IMG/VR virus record: IMGVR_UViG_3300046690_000279
Coordinates: 1 to 64,000 of that record
Strand: one strand, 5' to 3'
Length of the DNA stretch: 64,000 bases
Source: a virus
The stretch's first letter is position 1, and every line of letters begins with the position of its first letter. The position numbers were made by a program, and so were the translations under genes. Below the pieces are notes generated by a model. That model saw only the letters and a list, made by a program, of their open reading frames with translations, searched no databases and had not been told where the DNA came from. This document shows positions 6,061 through 16,500 of this stretch, one piece after another.

Positions 6061-7319
6061 GCCTTGCCCGTAGAGCCGGTAAGGCCATTCGAGAGACCCG
6101 CTTTTATGCGCCCTCTGGCGCCGGTGATCCGTGGTCCATTCCCAGTAACGGCAGTCTCGCCGCGTACACGTCCGCTGGCGTCCCTGTCAACGACGAAACA
6201 GCGATGCAGCTACTTGCCGTGTCTGCCTGCGTTCGTCTGCTGTCTGATGCTGTCAGCGGTCTGCCCTTCGATTCCGTCAAGGCGGATGGTGAGCTGCGGA
6301 AGACCGTCGAGCCACCACCTGTCATCATCGCTGACCCGTTCGGCGGAGGTGCTACGCCCGGTCTGCCTACGCGTCGCCAAGGCTTCGTTCAGATGATGGT
6401 TTCGCTGCTGCTGCGCGGGAACGCCTATTGTCTGGTGCTGTCTAAGGACAGTTACGGGCGCCCCACACGGCTGATGGTGGTTCACCCCGATCGTGTGGAC
6501 TGTGAGTTTGACGGGAGCGGTCGCCGGAAATACGCGATTGACCGTAAGCCCGTGCCCGACGCTGGCGACATTGTCCACATCATGGGAATGGGCTTCCCGG
6601 AGTCTCCCACGGGCCTAAGCGTCATCAGCTACGCACGACAGGCCATCGGCCTAGGCCTTGCCGCTGAAGAGTTCGGCGCACGGTTCTTCGGTGAGGGCGC
6701 CCACATGACGGGTGTCGTCGAGATTGAGGCGGACCTAGACAAGGATCGCGCGCGCACCATTAAGGAGAATTTCTCTGCCTCGCACAGCGGGCTGAAGAAT
6801 TCCCACACGGTGGGCGTGCTGACTGGCGGAGCCAAGTGGAAGCCAATCAGCGTCACGCCCGAAGACGCGCAGTTCCTCGGCACGCGCGCTGCGCAGAATC
6901 TCGATATTGCCATGCTGTTCGGCATCCCGCCACACATGCTGGGGCAGGTCGACAAGACAACCTCTTGGGGCACGGGCATTGAGCAGATGGGCCTAGGGTT
7001 CCTCGCCTACTCGCTGTCCGCGTGGCTGGGCCGTTTCGAAGACGCCTGGTCGACCATGCTGCCCCGCCCGCAAAGCGCCCGTTTCAATGCTGACGCACTT
7101 CTGCGCACTGATACAGCGGGTCGGTATGCGGTTTACTCCGCTGCCCGTTCGGCCGGAATCCTCACCACCAACGAAATACGCGCTCTTGAGAATTACGCGC
7201 CGGTTGATGGTGGCGACGATATCGCGGCGCCGCTGAATTCATCCGCACCGAAGCTGACCAAAGACAACGGCGCTTCGCCGAGTGCACAGAAAGCCGACGC
7301 GTTGGGAGCTGTTCTCTGA
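6057..7319 (+). CDS. Portal protein (HK97 family)
   Basis: LLLRGNAY, IAMLFGIPPHMLG, TTNEIRALEN motifs. Confidence 0.95.
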   Translation: MSLARRAGKAIRETRFYAPSGAGDPWSIPSNGSLAAYTSAGVPVNDETAMQLLAVSACVRLLSDAVSGLPFDSVKADGELRKTVEPPPVIIADPFGGGATPGLPTRRQGFVQMMVSLLLRGNAYCLVLSKDSYGRPTRLMVVHPDRVDCEFDGSGRRKYAIDRKPVPDAGDIVHIMGMGFPESPTGLSVISYARQAIGLGLAAEEFGARFFGEGAHMTGVVEIEADLDKDRARTIKENFSASHSGLKNSHTVGVLTGGAKWKPISVTPEDAQFLGTRAAQNLDIAMLFGIPPHMLGQVDKTTSWGTGIEQMGLGFLAYSLSAWLGRFEDAWSTMLPRPQSARFNADALLRTDTAGRYAVYSAARSAGILTTNEIRALENYAPVDGGDDIAAPLNSSAPKLTKDNGASPSAQKADALGAVL

Positions 7320-8002
7320 TGACCGATTTTTCAAGCCGTGACTCACGGCGCAATGTCCGCGAGGATCGCAGGCGCCCGTTCGAGGGTATGGAGCTGCGGG
7401 AGCAGTCCAACGGCACGTTGCGCTTTACGGGCTATGCGTCTGTGACTGAGACCCCGTATGACATGCAGGACTTCCTAGGTGACTACACAGAGGTTGTCCG
7501 GCGCGGGGCGTTCAGTAAGACGTTGGCCGAGGGCGCTGATGTCCCGTTCAAGTTGAACCATGACGGCATGACGCTCGCTCGCACGAAGAGCGGCACCATG
7601 CGACTGTCGGAAGACTCCACGGGCCTGCACGTCGAGGCGGACCTAGACCCGGGCAACGGGCAGGTGCGGGATATCCGCTCCGCCATGGACCGGGGCGACC
7701 TTGACGAGATGAGCTTTGCCTTCCGCGTGACTCGCCAGGAGTGGTCACCGGACTGGACGCAGCGCGACATCACCGAAGTGAACCTCAACAAGGGTGACGT
7801 CAGCATCGTGAACTACGGGGCCAACCCGCACACTCAGGGGCTTACCTCGCTGCGTAGTGCGCTGACTGACGGCACGATCACACGTGACCAACTCGAAGCG
7901 CTCCTGCGGTCCGTCAGTGACTCCCCTGCCCCGCCTGAGCCTGTGATCGCCCCTGCGGATCTCTCGCTGTACGAAGCGCGCTTGCGCGCCCTGAATCTCT
8001 AA
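7319..8002 (+). CDS. Prohead protease (HK97 family)
   Basis: GYASV, NHD, MSFAFRV, DVSIVNYGANP motifs. Confidence 0.93.
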   Translation: MTDFSSRDSRRNVREDRRRPFEGMELREQSNGTLRFTGYASVTETPYDMQDFLGDYTEVVRRGAFSKTLAEGADVPFKLNHDGMTLARTKSGTMRLSEDSTGLHVEADLDPGNGQVRDIRSAMDRGDLDEMSFAFRVTRQEWSPDWTQRDITEVNLNKGDVSIVNYGANPHTQGLTSLRSALTDGTITRDQLEALLRSVSDSPAPPEPVIAPADLSLYEARLRALNL

Positions 8003-8015
8003 CTCTCGCGTCGGT

Positions 8016-8037
8016 CACCTACGGATATCCGTATGTG
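8016..8037. promoter_or_regulatory. 22-bp operator
   Basis: CACCTACGGATATCCGTATGTG. Confidence 0.8.
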
Positions 8038-8166
8038 CCTTCGCTGCCCGCCCGGTTTACGCCGGAGCCTACGCCGGACCCCGCGCAACAAGGGGCACCA
8101 CCTAGGCCACCACCTAACGCAAGTGGTGGGCGATTCCCAAAGAATCGAACCTAGGAAAGGTCCCAA

Positions 8167-9510
8167 ATGCCTACGCACAAGCGTGCACTTATTGCCGGTC
8201 TGGTCGCTCAGCGCTCTGAGGAGCGTGCGAAGCTAGATGTTCTTCTGGGCGAGGCTCGCTCCGCTGAGGGCGGCATGACCGACGAGCAGCGCGCCGAGTT
8301 TGACAAGGGCGAAGCCGAGATTCGTTCGCTCGACGAGCGGGTTTCCGAGCTAGACGCACAGGTTCGCGCCGACGACGCTGCGGCGGACATGGCCAAGCGC
8401 TATGCGCCGAAGGCTTCGGGTGTCACTGTCACTTCCGAGCCTGAGATCTACCGTTCCGGGCTGAACGGCCAGTCGTACTTCCGTGACATGTGGAATGCGC
8501 GCCAGAACGGCGACCGTGACGCCATGGACCGACTTCAGCGCAACAACAAGGGCCGTGCGGCCGAGCAGCGTGCGCTGACCACGGTTAACGGCGCCGGTGG
8601 TGAGTTCGTTCCTCCCCTGTGGCTAGAGAAGGAGTTCGTCCGCCTGGCTCGCGCGGGTCGCATTACCGGCAACCTGGTCCCGACCAGCGCGCTCCCTGCG
8701 GGCACTGACTCGATCAACGTGCCCAAGGTGAACACCGGCACCGCTGTCGCCGTTCAGGCCACGCAGAACTCTGCGGTTCAGCAGACCGACCTGACCACTA
8801 CGTCGATTTCGTCCACCGTGACGACCATTGCCGGTGGCCAGACTGTGAGCCTTCAGCTCCTAGAGCAGTCGCCGCTGAACGTGGATGACGTCATCCTTGC
8901 TGACCTTGCTGCGGCGTATGCCACTCAGTACAACACCCTGATTCTGAGCGGTTCCGGTTCCGGTGGTAGCCCGACCGGAATTCTGACGCTGTCGGGCACC
9001 AACGCGATCACCTACACGCAGGCCTCCCCGACTGTCGCGCTTCTGTACTCGCAGATCGCGAACGCGATTCAGACCGTCCACACCAACCGGTTCCTGCCGC
9101 CCGACACGATCATCATGCACCCTCGTCGCTGGGCCTACCTGCTTGCGGCGTCTGACACCACGGGTCGCCCGCTGGTCACCCCTTCGGCCAACTCGCCGAT
9201 GAACGCCGTTGGTAACCAGGGTGAGGTGGCCGCACAGGGCTACGTCGGCACGATTCAGGGTCTCCCTGTGTTCGTTGACGCGGTCATCCCGACCACGGTC
9301 GGTGGTACGCAGGACCAGATCATCGTGGCTCGCATGGCCGACCTGATGGCTTGGGAGGGCAACGTCAAGGCGGAGGCCTTCCCGCAGACGTACGCCAACC
9401 AGCTATCCGTGTTCGTGCGGCTGTACAACTACATGTCCTTCCAGCCTGCGCGCTACCCGAAGAGCATTTCGGTTATCTCCGGTACGGGTCTGGTCGCTCC
9501 GACTTTCTAA
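8167..9510 (+). CDS. Major capsid protein (HK97 fold, N-terminal delta domain)
   Basis: Coiled-coil N-terminus, GGEFVPP motif, position after protease. Confidence 0.93.
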   Translation: MPTHKRALIAGLVAQRSEERAKLDVLLGEARSAEGGMTDEQRAEFDKGEAEIRSLDERVSELDAQVRADDAAADMAKRYAPKASGVTVTSEPEIYRSGLNGQSYFRDMWNARQNGDRDAMDRLQRNNKGRAAEQRALTTVNGAGGEFVPPLWLEKEFVRLARAGRITGNLVPTSALPAGTDSINVPKVNTGTAVAVQATQNSAVQQTDLTTTSISSTVTTIAGGQTVSLQLLEQSPLNVDDVILADLAAAYATQYNTLILSGSGSGGSPTGILTLSGTNAITYTQASPTVALLYSQIANAIQTVHTNRFLPPDTIIMHPRRWAYLLAASDTTGRPLVTPSANSPMNAVGNQGEVAAQGYVGTIQGLPVFVDAVIPTTVGGTQDQIIVARMADLMAWEGNVKAEAFPQTYANQLSVFVRLYNYMSFQPARYPKSISVISGTGLVAPTF

Positions 9511-9534
9511 GTCTGACCTAGTGGCGGTGGGGGT

Positions 9535-9556
9535 CACATACGGATATCCGTATGTG
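9535..9556. promoter_or_regulatory. 22-bp operator
   Basis: Perfect palindrome after the capsid stop. Confidence 0.8.
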
Positions 9557-9588
9557 CCCCTGCCCCCTCCCCTACCCGAGAGGAACGC

Positions 9589-9840
9589 ATGAATCCCATC
9601 AACTACGCCAACGGCCTTGTGGTCGAGCTTGGCTTTGCGCAGCAGGACAAGGACAAGGCACACGAAGTGGCCGTTCGCGAGCAACTCGCGTTGGTGTCCG
9701 CTGAGCTAGACAAGGTCAACCCGGAACCCCTCAGCGAAGGCACCCGCGCACTGCTAGCGGAGGCTGTATCCGCTGTTGCCGATGCGCTGGCCAACAAGCC
9801 CAAGCGGGCCGCTAAGCCTGCCGCTGACCCTACGGAGTAG
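9589..9840 (+). CDS. Small head-region protein
   Basis: Homologue at 49765..50013. Confidence 0.7.
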   Translation: MNPINYANGLVVELGFAQQDKDKAHEVAVREQLALVSAELDKVNPEPLSEGTRALLAEAVSAVADALANKPKRAAKPAADPTE

Positions 9841-9846
9841 TGACCC

Positions 9847-10737
9847 ATGCCGCTGATCTACTTTGCCGGGCAGGATGTAGCGCTTTCGGCGACCCCGCTC
9901 GATGACAGCGGCAACCCCGTGCAGGGCGCTGTGAGCGTCTCTGTGGCCATCACAGACCCGTCCGGGGGGATTACCCACCCCACCCCGTCAGGGCCCGTTA
10001 GCGGGGCGTACACGGCCGTCGTGCCGTCTGTCAGCGTTAGCGGCGTCTGGCTTGCTCGCTGGACTGCTACCGGCACGGGCGTGGCCTGGTCGTCTGAGAC
10101 TCAGTTTCAGGTGCGCCCCCTCGGCGTCGAACAGCTCGTCGACCTGCCCAGCGTCAAGGCCCATCTGAACATCAATCCTGCGGATACGCGCCAGGATGAC
10201 GAGCTACAGGGCTTCATTCTCGCTGCGGCTGAGATAGCCCGGAACCATTGCGGCCCGTTCATCCCGGAATCCCACACGGAGTATTTCGACGGCGGGGTTT
10301 CACAGATCGTGCCAGCGTTCACACCGGTTTCGAGTGTGCTGAGCATCACGGAGTACTACGGGCTTTCAGCCTTTCCGCTGACTGAGCAAGCCCTAGGCGG
10401 GCAAACCAACGCGTTTGCCTTCACCGTGGACACCAACACGGGGCAGATAACCCGCCGCACGTTCGGGGGCGAGGCTGCAACGTTCGCTTTCGGTGCGAAG
10501 AACATCAAAGTCGTGTACACAGCGGGCCGCGCGGGACAAGTCCCGTGGACTGTTCGCCTAGGCGTGCTTGAGCTGATCCGGCATCTGTGGCAGATGACTC
10601 AGCAAGGCGGAGGGCGGCCGAAGTTCAACTCTGGCGCCTACGACGGTGGCGAAGCCGTTGTTCACACGGGCTTTGCCATTCCCTCGCGCGTCCTCGAACT
10701 CTGGCAGGCCTATTACCGGGGGCCGGGTATCGCATGA
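9847..10737 (+). CDS. Head-tail connector (gp6-like) with an N-terminal beta-rich domain
   Basis: VKAHLNI...DDELQGFI and VYTAG motifs; position. Confidence 0.75.
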   Translation: MPLIYFAGQDVALSATPLDDSGNPVQGAVSVSVAITDPSGGITHPTPSGPVSGAYTAVVPSVSVSGVWLARWTATGTGVAWSSETQFQVRPLGVEQLVDLPSVKAHLNINPADTRQDDELQGFILAAAEIARNHCGPFIPESHTEYFDGGVSQIVPAFTPVSSVLSITEYYGLSAFPLTEQALGGQTNAFAFTVDTNTGQITRRTFGGEAATFAFGAKNIKVVYTAGRAGQVPWTVRLGVLELIRHLWQMTQQGGGRPKFNSGAYDGGEAVVHTGFAIPSRVLELWQAYYRGPGIA

Positions 10738-11201
10738 GCATCCCTTCCAGCACAGCGCCAGCGGTCCGACAGTGGCTTTTTGACCAGTGCACCGCTGGGC
10801 TTGCGCCCGACCCTGACAACGTCCGCGCGTCGTTGCTCGTCTGCTTTGACCAACCGGGGCCGAACGAGCCTGATGACATTGTGGCTATCGGCCAGGTGCG
10901 CAGGCATCTGAACGTTGCTTCGATGGTTGGCGGGGGTGGCGCCGGTTGGCTTGACGAGTCGTATTCCGTCGCTGTCGTCGTCGATGTGTTCCGGGGCAGT
11001 GACAGCGGGCAGGTGGCCTACTCGCGCGCCATGGATCTAGCCAACGCCGTCATTGCAATCGTGCGATCGGATATCACGCTGGGTGGCCACGTCATCAAAA
11101 GCGCCCCGACTGGCGATACGGCCGAAGTCGAGTGGGACAGCGAACACGGCGGTAAGCGCGCCTGCGTAACTGTCGAAATTGAATGCGTTACGAGGATCTG
11201 A
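10734..11201 (+). CDS. Putative tail terminator / neck protein
   Basis: ATG overlapping the upstream stop; D.TLGG motif; position before the tail tube. Confidence 0.65.
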   Translation: MSIPSSTAPAVRQWLFDQCTAGLAPDPDNVRASLLVCFDQPGPNEPDDIVAIGQVRRHLNVASMVGGGGAGWLDESYSVAVVVDVFRGSDSGQVAYSRAMDLANAVIAIVRSDITLGGHVIKSAPTGDTAEVEWDSEHGGKRACVTVEIECVTRI

Positions 11202-11204
11202 CAC

Positions 11205-11426
11205 ATGCCTGAATTCACATACAGCGGCGACGACGAGCGCTATTACCCGTCACTTGCGCTGAACGTCCACCCTGGCGATCGCGTGACGCTCGACGCTGAC
11301 CCTGGGGACGGCCGTTTCGTACCTGCCGATGGCGCCCCCACTCCCCTGCCTGTCTCTGACAGCGCTCCCGATCCTGCGCCAGTCGCTGACTCTGCGCCCA
11401 CTGACACCCCGGAGGTAGGCAACTAA
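11205..11426 (+). CDS. Small hypothetical protein
   Basis: Conserved at 51380..51583. Confidence 0.7.
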   Translation: MPEFTYSGDDERYYPSLALNVHPGDRVTLDADPGDGRFVPADGAPTPLPVSDSAPDPAPVADSAPTDTPEVGN

Positions 11427-12391
11427 TGCCCAAGGCAACAGCTCTCTCATTCCTCGGTATTGCCAAGGAAGTTACGCCCGGCACGCCGGTTGCGTCGTCG
11501 CAGTACATCCCGGTCACGACCATTACGCCGAAGGACAATCAGCAGCTACTCGACGATAAGGGCTATCGCGGCTCGCTCGTCGACGTCTACGACCAGGTGG
11601 CGGGAGTCCTAAGCGGCTCGCTGGACTTTGACGGGGACGTTTTCCCGGACACGATCGGTTTCCCGCTGGCTGGTGTGCTCGGCGATGTCGTCACGTCCGG
11701 CGCGTCTGCCCCGTTCACTCACACTTTCTCTGTGCTGAACACGGGTTCGGGCCAGCCCAAGACTTACACGCTGAATGACAACTACGTTGCGGGTAACCGG
11801 CAGTACCCCAGCGCGAAGTTTTCTGAGATCGGTTTCAAGTTCACGGCCGATGGCCTGCTGACGTACAGCGCTAAGACCACGACGTTCGGGTCTGTCCCCG
11901 TTGTGGCCCCGACCACGTCCTTTACTGCCATTCCGCCGCTGGTCGGCTGGACGGGTGTCGTGCAGATTGCGGCCGTCACTCAGGCTGGCGTACTTGATGG
12001 CGAAGTCACCATTAAGCGCCCGGTCACCGTGATTAACCCGGTCGATGGTACGCAGGCCCCTTCCACGCTGTGGAGTGGTCCCGTTCAGGTCGACGGTAAG
12101 GCCACGCTCATCATGGAAGATGACACGGCGCTTACGCAGTACCTCACCACGGTAAAGCCTGCGATTGACTTCAATTTCTCGTCTGGCACTGGCGCTACTG
12201 CCGTTCAGCTCAAGCTACACATGAGCAAGTGCAGCATTTCGGCCGCTGATATCACGCGCGGCAAGGACTACATCGAGGTCCCGATTACGTGGACTGCGCT
12301 TGCCAACACCACCGACATTGGCGCGTCGGGCGGGTATTCGCCTATCAAGGTGACCGTTCAGAACGCCGTGACCTCCGGGACGTACAACTGA
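11426..12391 (+). CDS. Major tail (tube) protein
   Basis: LGIAKE.TPGTPV start; size, composition and position. Confidence 0.85.
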   Translation: MPKATALSFLGIAKEVTPGTPVASSQYIPVTTITPKDNQQLLDDKGYRGSLVDVYDQVAGVLSGSLDFDGDVFPDTIGFPLAGVLGDVVTSGASAPFTHTFSVLNTGSGQPKTYTLNDNYVAGNRQYPSAKFSEIGFKFTADGLLTYSAKTTTFGSVPVVAPTTSFTAIPPLVGWTGVVQIAAVTQAGVLDGEVTIKRPVTVINPVDGTQAPSTLWSGPVQVDGKATLIMEDDTALTQYLTTVKPAIDFNFSSGTGATAVQLKLHMSKCSISAADITRGKDYIEVPITWTALANTTDIGASGGYSPIKVTVQNAVTSGTYN

Positions 12392-12822
12392 TGATCCACC
12401 TGACTCTCCCTTCCGGCGCGACCGCTGATCTCCGCGAAGTTGCCGACGTTACCGAGCGCCAGCGCAGGCCCATTAAGCGCATTCAGACGAAGCTAGCGGG
12501 TCTCCCCGCGTTCACTTCGGCCGTTGCTGAGGCGCAGGCGCAGGGCGACGGCATCGACCTAACCCCTGAGCAGCAGCTACGTATCGCGGCGGGCATGGGC
12601 GAGGCTTTCGACCTACTTGAAGAGCTGAACGACGCGCTGGTGGTCGCGCTGGTCGCCGGTTGGTCCTATGGCTTCGGCGTGACTGTGGATGCTGTGCAGG
12701 ATCTTCCGGGGCGTGACCTTGACGCGCTGCGTAAGGCCGTGTCGCCGTACCTGGCGCAGCTAAACCCTGACTTCGAGCCGAACCCTGACCCAGCGTCCCC
12801 TTCCGGAGCCTCCGTCGCCTAA
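12391..12822 (+). CDS. Tail assembly chaperone (G)
   Basis: Between tail tube and tape measure; followed by a -1 frame extension. Confidence 0.8.
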   Translation: MIHLTLPSGATADLREVADVTERQRRPIKRIQTKLAGLPAFTSAVAEAQAQGDGIDLTPEQQLRIAAGMGEAFDLLEELNDALVVALVAGWSYGFGVTVDAVQDLPGRDLDALRKAVSPYLAQLNPDFEPNPDPASPSGASVA

Positions 12823-13037
12823 CGGAGGCTCTTTCCCACAACGGGCAGGGAAGCACCTACACAGCGGATGAAATCCCGTCCGAGGAGTATCGGGTGTGGC
12901 GACTGTGCACGCTGCTGCGCTGTCGCCCATCCGAACTCAGCGGGGAATCCGCCGTGACCCTGGATTGGCTGCTAGCCGTAGACGACGCCGTTGGCAAGGC
13001 TCGCAAGATAGTTGAGGAGCGGGCCGCTAATGGCTGA
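12796..13037 (+). CDS. Tail assembly chaperone frameshift extension (G-T), -1 frame
   Basis: Open -1 frame (...EEYRVWRLCTLLRCRPSEL...ERAANG*) with no good start; conserved in copy B; TCC-CCT slip site conserved. Confidence 0.7.
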
Positions 13038-13524
13038 TGGTTTCGGCGCGGTAGTCAAGGGTGTTGGCGAGGTTGGCGCCGCCATTGAAAAGATGCAGCT
13101 TGCTTCCGATGAAGCGACCCGCGCAGCGCTGGGCAAGGCAACCGCGTATACCAAGCGGCGAATTAAGGGCGGCATGCGCGGTATGCCCCGCTGGGGTGGC
13201 AAGGGCCCCGACCCTGAATCCGGTTCACCAGCTTTCCGCACCGGTCGCACGCCGGACCACATCCCCCGGTCTGGTGGACCAGGTCAACTAACCGGCGAAC
13301 TACTCCAGTCCATCCGCAAGAGCAAAAGGGCCCGACGTGGGGGCACTGGGGAATGGTCGCAAGTCGTAATGGCGGGCGGACGGGGCGGCTACCAAAACCG
13401 CTACAAAGCTGAAATTGAAGCCCGGTACCCGTACTTCAAACCTGGGGTGGATAAGGCATCGCCCAAGGTTCGCGGCTATTTCGAGGGCGCGTGGGCTGCG
13501 GCCGTCAACGGAAAGAAATTCTAG
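13030..13524 (+). CDS. HK97 gp10-like tail completion protein
   Basis: TGEL..SI and YPYFKP motifs; basic. Confidence 0.6.
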   Translation: MADGFGAVVKGVGEVGAAIEKMQLASDEATRAALGKATAYTKRRIKGGMRGMPRWGGKGPDPESGSPAFRTGRTPDHIPRSGGPGQLTGELLQSIRKSKRARRGGTGEWSQVVMAGGRGGYQNRYKAEIEARYPYFKPGVDKASPKVRGYFEGAWAAAVNGKKF

Positions 13525-13539
13525 GGAGGTAGCTTCGCT

Positions 13540-16500
13540 ATGGGTGCTCTGCCTCCCGTATTCATTGAGTTTCTCGGCCGCTCTACGGGCTTTATGACCA
13601 CGGCCAAGGGTGTCAAGACTGAGCTAGCCAGCGTGGAACGCGAGGGTGGCGGCAACATGGCCAAGATGGGCGGTGTGGCCAAGGCTGCATTGCTCGGCAT
13701 TGGCGTAGCCGCTGGCGTGGTCGCAGTCAAGACAGCGCACATGGCCGCTGACTTTCAGACTCAAATGACCCGTGTTCGCACTGGTGCTGGCGAGTCTGCC
13801 AAGAACATGAGCCTGGTCGGCGATGGTGTGCTGGCCATGGCGGGTAAGGTCGGTGAGTCGACCAAGGATCTAACCGCAGGCCTGTACATGGTTGAGTCCG
13901 CTGGCTTCCACGGACAGAACGCGCTCGACGTGCTTCGCGTAAGCGCGCAGGGTGCCAAGGTTGGTGCCGCTGACTTGGCCACGGTTACCGACGCCGTGAC
14001 CACGGCCATGAACGCCTACAACCTGCAAAGCTCGAACGTAGCCAAGAACACGCAGAACACGACCGACGTCATGAACGCGCTGGTCGGCACTGAGGCCGAA
14101 GGCAAGACGAATCTGGAAGCCCTTGCTGGCTCCATGTCCGGCATTCTGCCTGTGGCTGCTGCTGCGCACGTGAAGCTAAACGAAGTGCTCGGGGCCATGG
14201 CCACGATGACTTCGCAGGGTACGGATGCGCGCGTGTCGGCTACCTATCTGCGCCAGACGATTGGGCAGTTGTCCAACCCATCGGCCAAGGCAGCGACGAC
14301 CATGAAGGGGCTGGGGCTTAATGCCAACGCCGTTTCCAAGGAGCTGGGCTCGAAGGGGCTCGCGGCGACGCTGAACACGCTTACGGACGCCATCAAGAAC
14401 AAGATGGGCCCCGGTGGCGATGTCTTCATCAAGACCCTGGAAAAGGCCTCGAAGAGTAGCAAGGACTTTCAGGGCGAACTCAACAAGGCCAGCGGCGCGA
14501 AGAAGACCTATATCGGCGCGCTGTCCACCATGGTCGGCGGAACTAAGTCGATGATGGGTGCGCTGATGCTTACGGGCTCACACATGGACACGTTCAAGAA
14601 GAACGTGGACGGCATCGGCAAGCACGTCAAGGAAGGTGGAAAGTCCGTTGAAGGCTGGGCGGACGTGCAGAAAACATTCAATCAGCGCATGGCCGAATTC
14701 AAGGGCACTGCCGAAGCCATCGGCATCAAGATAGGTCAGTCGCTGCTGCCTGCGTTCACGCAGTTCGTGGGGGCCCTGGTCGATGGTGTCGGGTGGCTGA
14801 CTAAGCACAAGGACGTTGTCATCGCGGTGGGTGGCGCCATCGGCGGTGTGTTGACCTACGGCCTTTACGCGGCGGCAGGTGCAGCGCTGGTATTCGCCGA
14901 TGCGATGCTTATGAACCCAGTGACGTACATCGTTCTTGGCGTGATGGCGCTGGGTGCAGCAATTGCGCTTCTGTTCACGCACTGGAAGTCAGTTTCATCG
15001 TGGCTTTCCGGCGCGTGGCACACGGTAGTGCAGGGGCTTGGTACCGCTTGGCATTGGCTGGCGGACCAGACCATGAGCACTTGGCACACGATCGAGAATC
15101 TCGTAACGGTGGCCTGGCGCGCTGTGGCCAACTTCTTTTCCTCCGCGTGGCACACGGTCACTGACCCAATCGTCAAGGCTTGGCACTGGGTGGCTAACGC
15201 CACGTCCACGGTATGGAACGCCATCGCCGGATTCTTCCGGAAGTGGTGGCCGCTACTGCTGATCATCTTCGCGCCGTTCGTCGCCCTACTCGTCGCCCTC
15301 TGGAATCGCTTCCACACGACCGTTTGGAACAAGGTCAAGTCGACCTGGTCCGCTGTCGCCGGATTCCTAAGCGGCACCTGGGACGGCATCAAGTCGGTAG
15401 CAAAGTCGGTCTGGGCATCCGTACAGCGGAACATTGTCAACCCGGTCATGTCGGTCTGGCACAAGCTAGTCAGCGTTTGGGACGCCGTATCGAGCTACCT
15501 TGGCGGTAAGTGGTCTGACATCAAGGCCGTTGCGCTGATTACGTGGCTGGAAATCAAAAAGTCGATGATTGACCCGATCACCGGCGCTTGGCACACCATC
15601 ACCAAAACGATGGGCGATATCAAGGACACGATTTCCAAGAAACTCAATGACGCCTGGTCCGCTGTCAAGAACATCGGTTCCAAGTTCCTGAGCATCGGTA
15701 CGGCCATCGTTCAGGGCATCATTACCGGCATCAAGAACAAGGTCGGTGATCTGTTCAGTTCGCTCGGCGGGTTGGCCGAAGACGCGCTCGCGCACGCTAA
15801 GGCTGCTTTGCACGTCAACAGCCCGTCAAAGAAGTTCCGGGACCAGGTCGGTAAGGCCATCCCCGAGGGAATCGCCGCAGGTGTTCGGCAGAATGCTGGA
15901 ATGGCTCACGCCGCAGTGCGGGAAACCGCAGGCGACATGGTGACGCACTTCAAGGGCGCACTCGGCATCAACTCCCCCAGCAAGGTGTTCCGGCAGCTAG
16001 GCATTTGGGTCAACCAGGGTCTAGTTGACGGGCTAACCGGCTCGCTGTCGCAGGTAAAGAGCGCGATTAAGAAGACCGAGACTGAGCTGATACAGGCTCG
16101 GAATCGGCTCGCTGACATGCTCGGTACGAAGGCAGGCAAGGGTCACTCGGGGTGGATCAAGGCGCATGAGGCTGCAATCTCGCATCTTGAGTCGTACGTC
16201 AAGCAAGAGGGCGTGCAGCTAGAGAAACTCGCTAAGCAGCGTGACAGCGTCGCAAAGCGGCTGAAGGCAGCGCAGTCCCACCTGAAGGACATTCAGAAGG
16301 AATGGACGTCCGAACGGGACAGCATAGCCAGCGGCATCATGCAGGGCGCTTCGGTGGTCATGCAGGCGCAGGCGGACGGCGCTGTCCTCACTACGGGCGA
16401 CGTGCTGGCGAACATGCAGAACCAAATGCAGGCTGCTGTCCAGTTCGCGAATGAGCTGAAGGAGCTTAAGAAGCGCGGGCTTTCGTCTTCGCTGATTGAG

